Shown: positions 29,728-39,505 of the stretch, in pieces
Position numbering within the stretch: the stretch's first letter is position 1
Layout: the number at the start of each line of letters is the position of its first letter
Source: an uncultured virus (IMG/VR IMGVR_UViG_3300028027_000046)
Lineage: Duplodnaviria; Heunggongvirae; Uroviricota; Caudoviricetes
Reading direction: 5' to 3' (one strand)
DNA: 64,000 nucleotides
Virus record (IMG/VR): IMGVR_UViG_3300028027_000046
Position numbers and translations under genes: made by a program
The notes under the pieces: generated by a model
Told to the model about the DNA's origin: nothing
What the model saw: the letters and a program-made list of their open reading frames with translations, nothing else
The model's database searches: none

Positions 29728-30390
29728 ATGGGATATTTAGATCCTTCCGTACTAACCATAGATGCTATTCTTACCCGTAAAGGTAGAGAGGCACTAGCAA
29801 AAAACGACGGTTCATTCCGTATTACCCAATTCGCATTAGCCGATGACGAAATCGATTATACTTTGTATAACCCATCCCACCCATCTGGTTCTGCATTTTA
29901 TGGTGAAGCAATTGAAAACATGCCATTACTTGAGGCGTTTCCAATTGAAACACAAATCATGAAATACAAACTAGCAACACTACCTCGTGGTACAGCTAAA
30001 ATGCCTGTACTTAATTTAGGTTATTCATCTATATCGTTGCAGCAAGGTTCATCTTTATCTATATCACCACAAACATTAAACTATTTAGGAAACAACCAAA
30101 CATATGAAACTAGTGGATATTCAGCCACAATTTCAGATGTGCGTTTAATGAACACATATAATGGTGTTGGTATTAATACAGATGCAGCAAATGCTCAAAA
30201 CGCATCAGCAACAGTAACACTAGGTACAAATGTATCCAAAACAGTAATAGGTACACAAATCAATTTACGTGCAACTACTGTAAATACATTATTCGGTTCA
30301 AATACCCAATTAACCGGTACATTAACCGTTATAGGTTTAGACAGTGGTGCTCGTGTAACTATTCCAATTACAATTACTAAAACAGCATAA
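29728..30390 (+). CDS. virion structural protein
   Basis: DAILTRKGRE...ITQFALADDEIDY. Confidence 0.7.
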   Translation: MGYLDPSVLTIDAILTRKGREALAKNDGSFRITQFALADDEIDYTLYNPSHPSGSAFYGEAIENMPLLEAFPIETQIMKYKLATLPRGTAKMPVLNLGYSSISLQQGSSLSISPQTLNYLGNNQTYETSGYSATISDVRLMNTYNGVGINTDAANAQNASATVTLGTNVSKTVIGTQINLRATTVNTLFGSNTQLTGTLTVIGLDSGARVTIPITITKTA

Positions 30391-30392
30391 AC

Positions 30393-31409
30393 ATGGCATT
30401 TAAAAGATTAGACCCAGAAGATTTCGTAGTAAGTAGTGATTCAATTACGGGTCCAGTATGGTCAACAGGTTATTATACCTTAGATCCATTTTATTCATCC
30501 TCACAATTATCCCAATTTTCACCATATTATAACGTTGTAAATCCATACTACATGACCGCGTATCATGACTCTCACTCTATAGCTGAACCACAGTTTAGTG
30601 TTGCATACGGTGATGTTGATGGTAGTGGTAGTTTATTATATAATAATGTTGTAAATCATAATTCACCAACATCCACAATATATGGTCAATATCGTTCCAT
30701 GATATTAGAAGATGAAAATTCAAGTTTCATATTTGGGTCGGGTAATAATTCTGTAACTAGTTCAAATTTTTGGGCAGTATCAGTAGACCGCGCACGATAT
30801 AAAGAAGCGTTCTTCCCGGGTTCACTCCAACTTACGGTAGATGGAACTGGTGGTCAATCATTAAAATTGACAGATGATTCACAAACAACATTAACCACAC
30901 AATACCTAGGGTCTACCCGAGTATTCCAATTAATATCTGGATCTAACGGAGTTCCCCATGCTGGTAGCACCACCGGAGGGTATACTCCTGCATCTGGTTC
31001 ATATGGTTTAGTATTCCCTGATTTAGGCACTATTATACTCAACCCAGTAGCATTAAAAACTATTGGACTTGTTCCAAACCGAGCAAGTAATACTGACGCT
31101 AATAATAACAAAATATTATTTGAGGCATTAGGAGCATTCAAACTTAACTCGGAAGAAACAATTACCTCCGACTATGTGTTTGTGCGTGCTAGAAACAGTG
31201 AATTCAATTACTCAGCAAATAGTAGTTTCATTTCAGGATCAACCGGTGAAGTTATATACAACAATTTCATCAACCATCCACAAGTATATGTTACTACAGT
31301 AGGATTGTACAACGATTCAAATGAGTTATTGGCCGTAGCTAAACTATCCAAACCATTATTGAAAGATTTCACCAAAGAATCACTATTGCGAGTTAAACTT
31401 TCGTATTAA
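30393..31409 (+). CDS. tail/baseplate structural protein
   Basis: C-terminal YVTTVGLYND..ELLAVAKLSKP. Confidence 0.7.
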   Translation: MAFKRLDPEDFVVSSDSITGPVWSTGYYTLDPFYSSSQLSQFSPYYNVVNPYYMTAYHDSHSIAEPQFSVAYGDVDGSGSLLYNNVVNHNSPTSTIYGQYRSMILEDENSSFIFGSGNNSVTSSNFWAVSVDRARYKEAFFPGSLQLTVDGTGGQSLKLTDDSQTTLTTQYLGSTRVFQLISGSNGVPHAGSTTGGYTPASGSYGLVFPDLGTIILNPVALKTIGLVPNRASNTDANNNKILFEALGAFKLNSEETITSDYVFVRARNSEFNYSANSSFISGSTGEVIYNNFINHPQVYVTTVGLYNDSNELLAVAKLSKPLLKDFTKESLLRVKLSY

Positions 31410-32341
31410 TGAGTGTATTTAAACCATTTACCACATCTGACGTAGTTGTCTCCCCATTTGATGTAAACAAATCATTTACATTCAGTGGGGATGCTGCGTT
31501 ATTTGACGCTGGTATTGATCGTTACACAGGTAAAAACACTACCGAATCGTTATCCACTGGAGATATATACCCACAAGATCAACACCTGGTATACCGTTCA
31601 GTACAAGAACTATATTATTCTAACTATTTAAACGGAGTAGATGGCTCCCCTTTATCTACGGCTTCATTCAACCTTGACGGTACCATAACTGGTGAACCAT
31701 ATACACCAAACTACTACAACTATTTGGGTTCAACTTTACCCGCTAATCGTTATTTCCCGCAAGACTACAACGATGAAATTGTTGTAATATCTATCCCATC
31801 AAACTTATTTGGCGAATACATTGAGCCAAATACACTTACATTAACTTGCATCCACGGTTCAATATCCGATGACGGTAATGGTAATTTAATGTATGATGGG
31901 TCCAAAATGGGAGACGTCATTTACGAACACGGTATGATCATAATAACCAACGATGCATCAGACATGGGTGGATACGGAACGGGTATATATGGGACCTCAA
32001 GTTACGGTGTACTAAATACAACACCAACCGTACAAGACTTCATCGACTCACCAATTACCTGTTCATTCCAGAGTCATACAACCATATATGAAACCCAATA
32101 CAAATGTACTATCCGCCAAAACGAATTTTCATTTTCACAAAACCCATCATTAATTTCGGGTAGCTCAAACAGCGGTATAGTATCTGATTTCGCAACTGGT
32201 TCATATTTTAACCCATACATCACCACAGTTGGGCTATACAATAACGACAAAGAATTACTAGCAGTAGCCAAATTAGCACAACCATTACCGGTGTCTAGTG
32301 TAACGGATACAAACATCATCATTAATTTAGATATGTTTTGA
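31409..32341 (+). CDS. tail/baseplate structural protein, paralog of the preceding gene
   Basis: C-terminal YITTVGLYNN..ELLAVAKLAQP. Confidence 0.7.
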   Translation: MSVFKPFTTSDVVVSPFDVNKSFTFSGDAALFDAGIDRYTGKNTTESLSTGDIYPQDQHLVYRSVQELYYSNYLNGVDGSPLSTASFNLDGTITGEPYTPNYYNYLGSTLPANRYFPQDYNDEIVVISIPSNLFGEYIEPNTLTLTCIHGSISDDGNGNLMYDGSKMGDVIYEHGMIIITNDASDMGGYGTGIYGTSSYGVLNTTPTVQDFIDSPITCSFQSHTTIYETQYKCTIRQNEFSFSQNPSLISGSSNSGIVSDFATGSYFNPYITTVGLYNNDKELLAVAKLAQPLPVSSVTDTNIIINLDMF

Positions 32342-32362
32342 TATGTATAACTAAACATTTAT

Positions 32363-32803
32363 ATGTGGTTATACAACAACACTCCCATCAACACACTCGA
32401 AGACATACCTGAAGGTACATTCGGATTCATTTACATCACAACACACATCCCAACTGGTAAGCGATATTTAGGTAAAAAATCACTATATCACTCCACCAAC
32501 CAAAAACTAGGTAAAAAGGAACTAGCCGAACAACCCGTAACCCGTGGCCGCGCTAAAACCACCAAACTAGTAACCAAGGAATCGGATTGGAAAACATATT
32601 ACGGCTCCGCAGACTCCATCAAACTCGCAATCAAAAACAAGCAACACGACGAATTCACACGTGAAATAATCCATTTCGTACCAAACAAAAAACTACTCAC
32701 ATACTACGAAACTAAACACCAATTCATATATGGTGTATTGGAATCCAGCGACTGGCTAAACACCAACATACTCGCCAAGTTTTACTCAAAAGACTTTGCC
32801 TAG
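32363..32803 (+). CDS. GIY-YIG family endonuclease (short, Seg-like)
   Basis: GFIYITT....KRYLGKK...ESDWKTYYGS...E...N. Confidence 0.8.
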   Translation: MWLYNNTPINTLEDIPEGTFGFIYITTHIPTGKRYLGKKSLYHSTNQKLGKKELAEQPVTRGRAKTTKLVTKESDWKTYYGSADSIKLAIKNKQHDEFTREIIHFVPNKKLLTYYETKHQFIYGVLESSDWLNTNILAKFYSKDFA

Positions 32804-32830
32804 CCATACCCATTTCGTATATTTAACATT

Positions 32831-33760
32831 ATGGTAAATGAGTTATTAGTTAATTTAGTAAATTCGGTACTGGGACAAGGTAAACGTACATCGCGAGGTA
32901 ACATTGCATATCATTGCCCGTTATGTAACCACCCTAAACCGAAACTAGAAATACAATTACTCGAAAACGCAGACGGTAAACACAGATGGGCATGTTGGGC
33001 ATGTGGTGTTAAAGGTCAAACGGTGCGCAGTTTATTTAAGCAAATAAGCGTTTCACCGGAATATATGACCGAACTTAAGAAACACGTTAAATCAACGTAT
33101 TCTGAGCAGTCATCCACCACCCCATCCATATCCCTCGAGTTACCTAAAGAATACAAATCATTCATCGACAATAAATCCCGCGTAGCAAAACACGCATACC
33201 ACTATTTAAAATCCCGTGGTTTAACCCCACAGGACATACTTAAATACGGTATCGGGTATTGTGAAGGTGGTTTATACAACAATATGGTAATCATACCATC
33301 ATACGATAGTAATGGTAAACTTAATTACTTTACCGCACGATCATTTGAATACGAACCATACGTCAAATACCGTAACCCGATGGTATCGCGTGACATAATA
33401 GCATTTGAGATGTTCATTAACTGGGACTTACCCATCATTTTGTGTGAGGGTCCATTTGATGCTATTGCCATTAAACGCAACGTAGTACCATTACTGGGTA
33501 AAAACATACAACCACAACTAATGAAAAAGTTAGTTGAATCCCGCGTACAAAAAGTGTATATTGCACTAGACAATGACGCAATTAAGAAGGCAATTGAGTT
33601 CTGCGAAGAACTACTCAATATAGGCAAAGAAGTATATTTGGTCGAATTAAGTGGGAAAGACCCATCTGAACTCGGATTTGAGGTATTCACCAAATTAATA
33701 CAAACCACACAACCATTAACTCAATATAGATTAATGGAACGTAAACTACAACTCATATGA
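32831..33760 (+). CDS. DNA primase (zinc finger plus TOPRIM)
   Basis: CPLCNH...CWAC; LCEGPFDA; ALDND. Confidence 0.92.
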   Translation: MVNELLVNLVNSVLGQGKRTSRGNIAYHCPLCNHPKPKLEIQLLENADGKHRWACWACGVKGQTVRSLFKQISVSPEYMTELKKHVKSTYSEQSSTTPSISLELPKEYKSFIDNKSRVAKHAYHYLKSRGLTPQDILKYGIGYCEGGLYNNMVIIPSYDSNGKLNYFTARSFEYEPYVKYRNPMVSRDIIAFEMFINWDLPIILCEGPFDAIAIKRNVVPLLGKNIQPQLMKKLVESRVQKVYIALDNDAIKKAIEFCEELLNIGKEVYLVELSGKDPSELGFEVFTKLIQTTQPLTQYRLMERKLQLI

Positions 33761-34524
33761 GTAAAATTAAACGATCGTATAACCGCATTTTGGAAATATC
33801 CGACGATGCACAACAAATCACACTTCCCGATTCACGTTACTATCGCCGTAATGGACATTATTACCCGAGTATCACTTATGTATTAAATTCATACCCAAAA
33901 GGGCCACACTTTGAAAAATGGTTGAAACAAGTTGGATTTGCATCTGAATATATAGTTAAAAAAGCAGCGGAGGAAGGTACGCAAGTACACGAAATGGCCG
34001 AAGCATATTTAAATGGTGAAGAGTTACGTTTCCTTTCACCTACTGGACAACCACTATGCAATCCAGATGTATGGCAAATGTTGTTAAGATTTGTCGATTT
34101 TTGGGAAACACATAAACCAACACTAATTGAGGCCGAAGTACATTTATTTTCAGACGAATTGAAAGTAGCAGGTACATGCGATTTAATTATCGAATTGAAT
34201 GGTGAACGTTGGGTACTAGATTTAAAAACATCTAACCATTTACACACCACATACGATTTACAAACAGCCGTATATGCGCAATGCTACACGGAATGCTTCG
34301 AAAAACCAATAGATCGTTGTGGTGTATTGTGGTTAAAATCCAGTAAACGCAAACCAAACCCGGACAAATTACAGGGTAAAGGTTGGGAAATAGTTGAGTC
34401 AACTCGTACATTTGAGGAAAATATAGACATATTCAAAAATGTAAAACGCATATTTGACATTGAAAACCCAACACATAAACCGGCATTTACCGAATTTAGA
34501 ACAACAGTTAAACGTAAACTGTAA
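33757..34524 (+). CDS. PD-(D/E)XK exonuclease
   Basis: PSIT.VL, GTQVH, AGTCDLI, LDLKTS, LQTAVY. Confidence 0.88.
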   Translation: MSKIKRSYNRILEISDDAQQITLPDSRYYRRNGHYYPSITYVLNSYPKGPHFEKWLKQVGFASEYIVKKAAEEGTQVHEMAEAYLNGEELRFLSPTGQPLCNPDVWQMLLRFVDFWETHKPTLIEAEVHLFSDELKVAGTCDLIIELNGERWVLDLKTSNHLHTTYDLQTAVYAQCYTECFEKPIDRCGVLWLKSSKRKPNPDKLQGKGWEIVESTRTFEENIDIFKNVKRIFDIENPTHKPAFTEFRTTVKRKL

Positions 34525-34535
34525 TATGTATAGCC

Positions 34536-35291
34536 ATGATTAGTCTTGTACAATTACTTAAGGAAATACAAAATAAACCACACGCTATATTTTTAGCTGG
34601 ACCTGCTGGTAGTGGTAAGTCATATATGTCTCAACAATTAATTCCGTCATCATTGACCGTAATTAATTCGGATGACACGTATGAGGAAATGCTAAAAGCT
34701 AGTGGGTTGGGTATGAAGCAAAAAGACTTCACACCTGACCAACTATCGCAAGCAGCAAAAATGCAAGCACAGGCACGTAAAGTTACCCAAGATAAGCTAT
34801 CCCAATCCATCAAAAACATGCAAAACATAGTAATTGACGGAACAGGAGCAGCAACCAACCCAGTACTGAAGAAAAAACAGGAACTCGAGGCACTTGGATA
34901 TACAACATTAATGCTAATGATTTATGTTTCACCATTAACTTCACTTAAGCGCAATGCAGAACGTGACCGTAGCTTAATGCCTGGTATTGTGTTGCGAACA
35001 TGGCGCGATGTAAATCGCAATATAGACACATACGCGCGCGAATTTGGCGATAACTTTATATTAATAAACAACGACCCGAACGATGCAAATAAATCGTTCT
35101 CTACCACGTTACTTGAACCATATTTACTTGACCAAACCGCAACAGGTAAACCTAAAACACCGGAAGAGCAAGCAAAATCAGACGCAGACAAAGCACAGTT
35201 AAACCGTGATATAGAGCAAATGGTAAAAACATTACCAAAATTCGACACATTAGACAGTGCCAAACAAAAAATAAACACATTCATATCATGA
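34536..35291 (+). CDS. P-loop kinase (AAA_33/zeta-toxin-like) with short leader
   Basis: AGPAGSGKS, INSDD, IVIDGT, SLKRNAERDR lid. Confidence 0.85.
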   Translation: MISLVQLLKEIQNKPHAIFLAGPAGSGKSYMSQQLIPSSLTVINSDDTYEEMLKASGLGMKQKDFTPDQLSQAAKMQAQARKVTQDKLSQSIKNMQNIVIDGTGAATNPVLKKKQELEALGYTTLMLMIYVSPLTSLKRNAERDRSLMPGIVLRTWRDVNRNIDTYAREFGDNFILINNDPNDANKSFSTTLLEPYLLDQTATGKPKTPEEQAKSDADKAQLNRDIEQMVKTLPKFDTLDSAKQKINTFIS

Positions 35292-36274
35292 ACCAACTAG
35301 TACAATCCATTATTCAACCATTCACCGAAGCACAAATGAAATCAGTTGCGTTGGTTCCGGGTGGATACAAGCCACCAACATCAGGTCATTTTTACCTTGT
35401 AAACGAGATGGCTAAACGTAGCGAAATAAACGAGGTGATTGTACTAATTGGACATAAAGTACGTGATGGTATTACGGCTGAACAAAGTTTGGCGATATGG
35501 GAAATATACAAAAACCATTTACCATCAAATGTTAGCATTCGTATATCCGATGCTAATTCACCAATTCTGGACATACACAAAATAATTGGCGAAAACCCAC
35601 AAAACTTCTATTTCCCTGTGGTTGGTGTGCGTAGTGAAGCAGACCAAAACGATATTAAACGATTTGATTCACTTAGCAAAAAATACACTAACTTTAAAAC
35701 CATCGTATTGTCTGGTGACCCAGACATTAGTGGAACTAAAGCACGCCAAGCATTAATATCCGGTAACTATGAAGCATTCAAACACTATCTACCAGATGCG
35801 TTGAGTGATGCTGAAAAACAACAAGTGGTAGACATACTTAACCCACAAACCACAGTAACCGAAACAGAACAACCCACCGATTCACGCCAATTACTGTTAG
35901 GATACATCCAGTCATTAAACGAATATATGGTTAGTGAGGGAATGAACGTACAACCATTACCACGCGTAGAGATAATTGACAACGATACCAAAAACGCTAG
36001 TAATTTCTTCGGTAAAACCGCATACTACAATCCAGGTACAATCACTGTCACTTTATACACACTGGATAGACATCCAAAAGACGTGATGCGCTCTTATGCA
36101 CACGAAATGGTACATCACATCCAAAACTTGGAGGACCGTTTACCCCAAATATCCACCACTAATACAAACGAGGACGGTAAATTGGAAGAAATCGAACGCG
36201 AAGCATATGAACGCGGCAACATTACATTCCGAAAATGGACTGATTCAATTACAAACAAAAACGTGCCAAACTAA
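35288..36274 (+). CDS. HIGH-type (cytidylyltransferase-like) nucleotidyltransferase fused to a HExxH metallopeptidase-like domain
   Basis: PGGYKPPTSGHF and ISGTKAR; C-terminal YAHEMVHH...EREAY. Confidence 0.78.
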   Translation: MNQLVQSIIQPFTEAQMKSVALVPGGYKPPTSGHFYLVNEMAKRSEINEVIVLIGHKVRDGITAEQSLAIWEIYKNHLPSNVSIRISDANSPILDIHKIIGENPQNFYFPVVGVRSEADQNDIKRFDSLSKKYTNFKTIVLSGDPDISGTKARQALISGNYEAFKHYLPDALSDAEKQQVVDILNPQTTVTETEQPTDSRQLLLGYIQSLNEYMVSEGMNVQPLPRVEIIDNDTKNASNFFGKTAYYNPGTITVTLYTLDRHPKDVMRSYAHEMVHHIQNLEDRLPQISTTNTNEDGKLEEIEREAYERGNITFRKWTDSITNKNVPN

Positions 36275-36298
36275 ATCTGGGTACGTATATTCACAGTT

Positions 36299-36838
36299 AT
36301 GCAAACATTATTAGATTTATACAAGATCATTAGGGAAGAGGAACACCCAAAATACATCATATTTTGCGATATGGATGGCGTGTTAGTTGACTTCGACAAA
36401 GGATACTACCAATTAACAGGTAAACCAACCCACCACGCCGATGTACAAGTTAAGAAAGAATTTTGGCGTACATTCAATAACGCCATATCATCCCAAAACA
36501 CATCTGAATTCAAATACTGGTCTGAACTCGAGTGGATGTCGGACGGAAAACAACTGTGGAGTTACATCAAAAAATACAACCCATACATCCTAACCGCACC
36601 TACATTCAATCCAGAGTCAAAAGAAGGCAAATCGCTATGGGTCACTAAACATTTAGACAACGTACGTAAATTGTACTTCAAATCATCCTCCACCAAAGCT
36701 GACTATTCACGCAAAAACCGTATACTTATCGACGACAGAGCGACCACAATAGACGATTGGAATGCTCGTGGTGGTATAGGCATTCTACATGTAAGTACCC
36801 AAGACACAATAAAACAACTTAAACAACTCGGACTATAA
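36299..36838 (+). CDS. HAD-family 5'(3')-nucleotidase-like phosphatase
   Basis: FCDMDGVLVDF, ILTAP, GK..W, ILIDD, GGIGILH. Confidence 0.88.
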   Translation: MQTLLDLYKIIREEEHPKYIIFCDMDGVLVDFDKGYYQLTGKPTHHADVQVKKEFWRTFNNAISSQNTSEFKYWSELEWMSDGKQLWSYIKKYNPYILTAPTFNPESKEGKSLWVTKHLDNVRKLYFKSSSTKADYSRKNRILIDDRATTIDDWNARGGIGILHVSTQDTIKQLKQLGL

Positions 36839-37419
36839 TGTCAGTACTAAAAAAGCAATTCGCTGAACGTGACGTACAGCGTATCCGTAACCTAGTAAAA
36901 GGTAAAAGTGGTGAACGTACCACACACGGTATAGGTTATACTAAATCGGAAGAAGACCACGTTGAAGGTGACGTGTGGACAGAGGACGGGAAAAAATGGA
37001 CCATTCGCGACGGTATACGTGAGAACATCACCAAATTAGACAAATTCAAAAAAGTAGCTGTTCCGTTATTCTGCCCATCGTGTAAACAAGTAATGGACAA
37101 ACAACTGGATCCACACTACTACAAATCGTATGGCACGTGTTTAGACTGCCGTACTGAATTTGAAACCAAACTCAAACTGGAAGGCAAGTGGGACGACTAT
37201 GTGACCGAAGCATACAACCAAGAAATTGACGGATACATCAGCGACTACAAAGCATATATGCAAGATGCATTAGCCGAAAGTAATGAAGGATATATTACCG
37301 AAGCTGGTGACATCCAGAAATGGGTAGGCGGTATAGACAAGGACCGTGTTGCTCAATCCATGCAGGAATCAATCGAATATTTAAACAGTTTAAAACGTAA
37401 ACCAAATACCAATGAGTAA
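36838..37419 (+). CDS. zinc-finger hypothetical protein
   Basis: CPSC...CLDC. Confidence 0.7.
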   Translation: MSVLKKQFAERDVQRIRNLVKGKSGERTTHGIGYTKSEEDHVEGDVWTEDGKKWTIRDGIRENITKLDKFKKVAVPLFCPSCKQVMDKQLDPHYYKSYGTCLDCRTEFETKLKLEGKWDDYVTEAYNQEIDGYISDYKAYMQDALAESNEGYITEAGDIQKWVGGIDKDRVAQSMQESIEYLNSLKRKPNTNE

Positions 37420-37624
37420 ATTTGACGCACATAAATGGTTCAAGGCGCAGTACCTAATGGAATCACCACTTGAATTAACACTACCTGAAAAAATATATGG
37501 TCGTTTAGATTCGATACTAATGGATTTGGAAAACGTAAACGAAAACGAGGTACCATTTGATGCACAAGCATTGCGTGAACAGGTTACCCAAACATTAGCA
37601 GTACTTAAGCAAAACCGCAAATAA
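37412..37624 (+). CDS. small putative head-internal protein
   Basis: FDAHKWF...LMES leader. Confidence 0.55.
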   Translation: MSKFDAHKWFKAQYLMESPLELTLPEKIYGRLDSILMDLENVNENEVPFDAQALREQVTQTLAVLKQNRK

Positions 37625-37660
37625 CACATACTTATACATATTTATACTAAAACATATATA

Positions 37661-38164
37661 ATGAACGATAATTTTGACTTACGTAAATTTTTGGTGGAAA
37701 ATAAATCCATTGAAAATATGAACCCTGTTTTCCGCCAATTGAACGAGAACACAGAAAACACAACAACCGAAACTACAGAAACAACTGAAACTACAACTGC
37801 AATCACTGAAAATGCATTACGCGCTAAAATCCGCGAAATGGTATTAAACGAATTGGGTGGTGGTGAAAACGAATCAGAAATGATGGAGAACGAAGACGAG
37901 TTGTATGAGGCTAAAAAAGACAAAGAAGAAGAGCTACCTGCAGACGATGCTGAATTAGATCCAGACATGGCTATGGACGCAGAAATGGACGCTCCTGAAG
38001 ACGAATTAACTGCTGCTGCATCTGGTGCTACTGGTGATGCTAAAGAATTAATCAACCACTTGATGACGTCATTAGATACAGCTAAAGCAATGGGTAACGA
38101 AAAATTAACCACACAAATATTAAACACACTTAAATTCGCTATTGACCAATCAATGGCTCAGTAA
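37661..38164 (+). CDS. acidic putative prohead-core protein
   Basis: FDLRKFLVEN leader; many LxE sites; late motif. Confidence 0.6.
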   Translation: MNDNFDLRKFLVENKSIENMNPVFRQLNENTENTTTETTETTETTTAITENALRAKIREMVLNELGGGENESEMMENEDELYEAKKDKEEELPADDAELDPDMAMDAEMDAPEDELTAAASGATGDAKELINHLMTSLDTAKAMGNEKLTTQILNTLKFAIDQSMAQ

Positions 38165-38191
38165 TATATAAACAAACAAACAATAAAATCT

Positions 38192-38365
38192 ATGAACACA
38201 ACAGAAATCCTAGACGCGATAAACGCGGCTGTAGAAGTTTTAAACACAGAACACACAAAAACAACAAAAGTATCTCGCAACAGAGCACGTAGCGCAGCAA
38301 ACGACATCAAAAAATTAGCTGCTGACTTCAAACGTACATCTACTGCAGAAGACAAAGCAAACTAA
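38192..38365 (+). CDS. histone H1-like (Hc1-type) small basic protein (not in ORF track)
   Basis: KVSRNRARSAANDIKKLAADFKRTS resembles the Bacteroidota Hc1-family helix. Confidence 0.6.
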   Translation: MNTTEILDAINAAVEVLNTEHTKTTKVSRNRARSAANDIKKLAADFKRTSTAEDKAN

Positions 38366-38366
38366 A

Positions 38367-39038
38367 ATGCCATACAAACGAATCGGAAAAACTGTATACA
38401 AAAAGTTACCCAACGGAAAATTAAAATCCGTTGGTGTATCTGATTCTGTGGACTTAGCTAAAGCACATTTACGTGCACTATATGCTGCTGAAACAAATGA
38501 ATCATTAACCGAAGGCCTATCGCCCGAAGTATCCAAAAAAGCAGTAGCTATATTTAAATCCATGATTGCGGACAAACGCGATTCATTATTTAAACGATAT
38601 GGTGCTGATGCTGAGAAAGTGGCTTATGGTCACGCCATAGCAAAAGCCAAACAAATTAACGAAAAACAAACCATGCAACAAACAGACAAACTCCGTGAAA
38701 TGGTGCGAGCAGCATTATCCACACCCATGGACGAAATTAACTCAACCACATATATCAACGAACGTGAATCTGTAACCGAAGACGACTGGATGCAACCAGA
38801 CGACGAAAGCGACATGGCAAAATCCCAACTACACAATTTAATTAAAGACGCGCAACGTCTTGAATTCATGATTGCAGACGGTGAACAATTAGATGCATGG
38901 GTACAATCCAAACTAACCAAAGCACAAGACTATATTAATTCAGTACACAACTATTTAGGTGGTGAACAATCAACAAAAAAACACGTGGACATTGAATTAA
39001 CTGAGCGTATATTCAACCGCATTAAAAATCGAATGTAA
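38367..39038 (+). CDS. multi-module putative head protein
   Basis: MPYKR..KTVYKK module, KRYG..AEKVAY module, ESDMAKSQL...LDAWVQSKLT module, separated by xNE/xTE sites. Confidence 0.65.
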   Translation: MPYKRIGKTVYKKLPNGKLKSVGVSDSVDLAKAHLRALYAAETNESLTEGLSPEVSKKAVAIFKSMIADKRDSLFKRYGADAEKVAYGHAIAKAKQINEKQTMQQTDKLREMVRAALSTPMDEINSTTYINERESVTEDDWMQPDDESDMAKSQLHNLIKDAQRLEFMIADGEQLDAWVQSKLTKAQDYINSVHNYLGGEQSTKKHVDIELTERIFNRIKNRM

Positions 39039-39505
39039 TGACTAAAGATGAACTAAAAGCACGCATTCGCGAATTAGCAAAACAGGTATACAAAGCAAAA
39101 CAGCAAGATGTACTACCTGATGTTATCGAATACGATGAATTAACCAAATTCCCTGAACTTAAAGCGGTTTTGGTTGATTTATTGACTAACGAATACGACA
39201 ATTTTCTGTCATCAATTGACTGGGTTGCCCCACGTCCAACTACATTTCGCATTAATTTAAAAAACAACCAAGAATTTTACCTCATCTACGGCACACGTAG
39301 CTGGATAGCACAAATCGAAGGTAAACGCTACTATTTGGCCAACCTACCAGAAGAGGAACGCGCAGCTGAATCTATTGCTCGCATATTAAGATATGGTACT
39401 AAAGAGGAAGCAAGCGAAACCAACGACGGATTCGACAATTTCCCCGACGAAAAACCAGCAAAAGAAAAAACACCACCAACTGAACCTGAAACACCTGAAG
39501 CGTAA
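39038..39505 (+). CDS. hypothetical protein with ELKARIREL leader
   Basis: ORF track; coupled start/stop. Confidence 0.7.
   Translation: MTKDELKARIRELAKQVYKAKQQDVLPDVIEYDELTKFPELKAVLVDLLTNEYDNFLSSIDWVAPRPTTFRINLKNNQEFYLIYGTRSWIAQIEGKRYYLANLPEEERAAESIARILRYGTKEEASETNDGFDNFPDEKPAKEKTPPTEPETPEA

Noticed and set aside
33757..34524. Cas4-like nuclease as a CRISPR component
   Set aside because: It lacks the four-Cys Fe-S pattern and sits next to primase; a typical phage exonuclease.
34536..35291. Zeta toxin of a toxin-antitoxin pair
   Set aside because: Only the general P-loop kinase fold is evident; no epsilon-like antitoxin, and the late-gene context argues against a TA module.
37750..37810. 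Thr/Glu-rich microrepeat also present in the scaffold (about 55940-56005)
   Set aside because: Low-complexity linker consistent with the A/C-rich strand bias; no evidence of a separate function.
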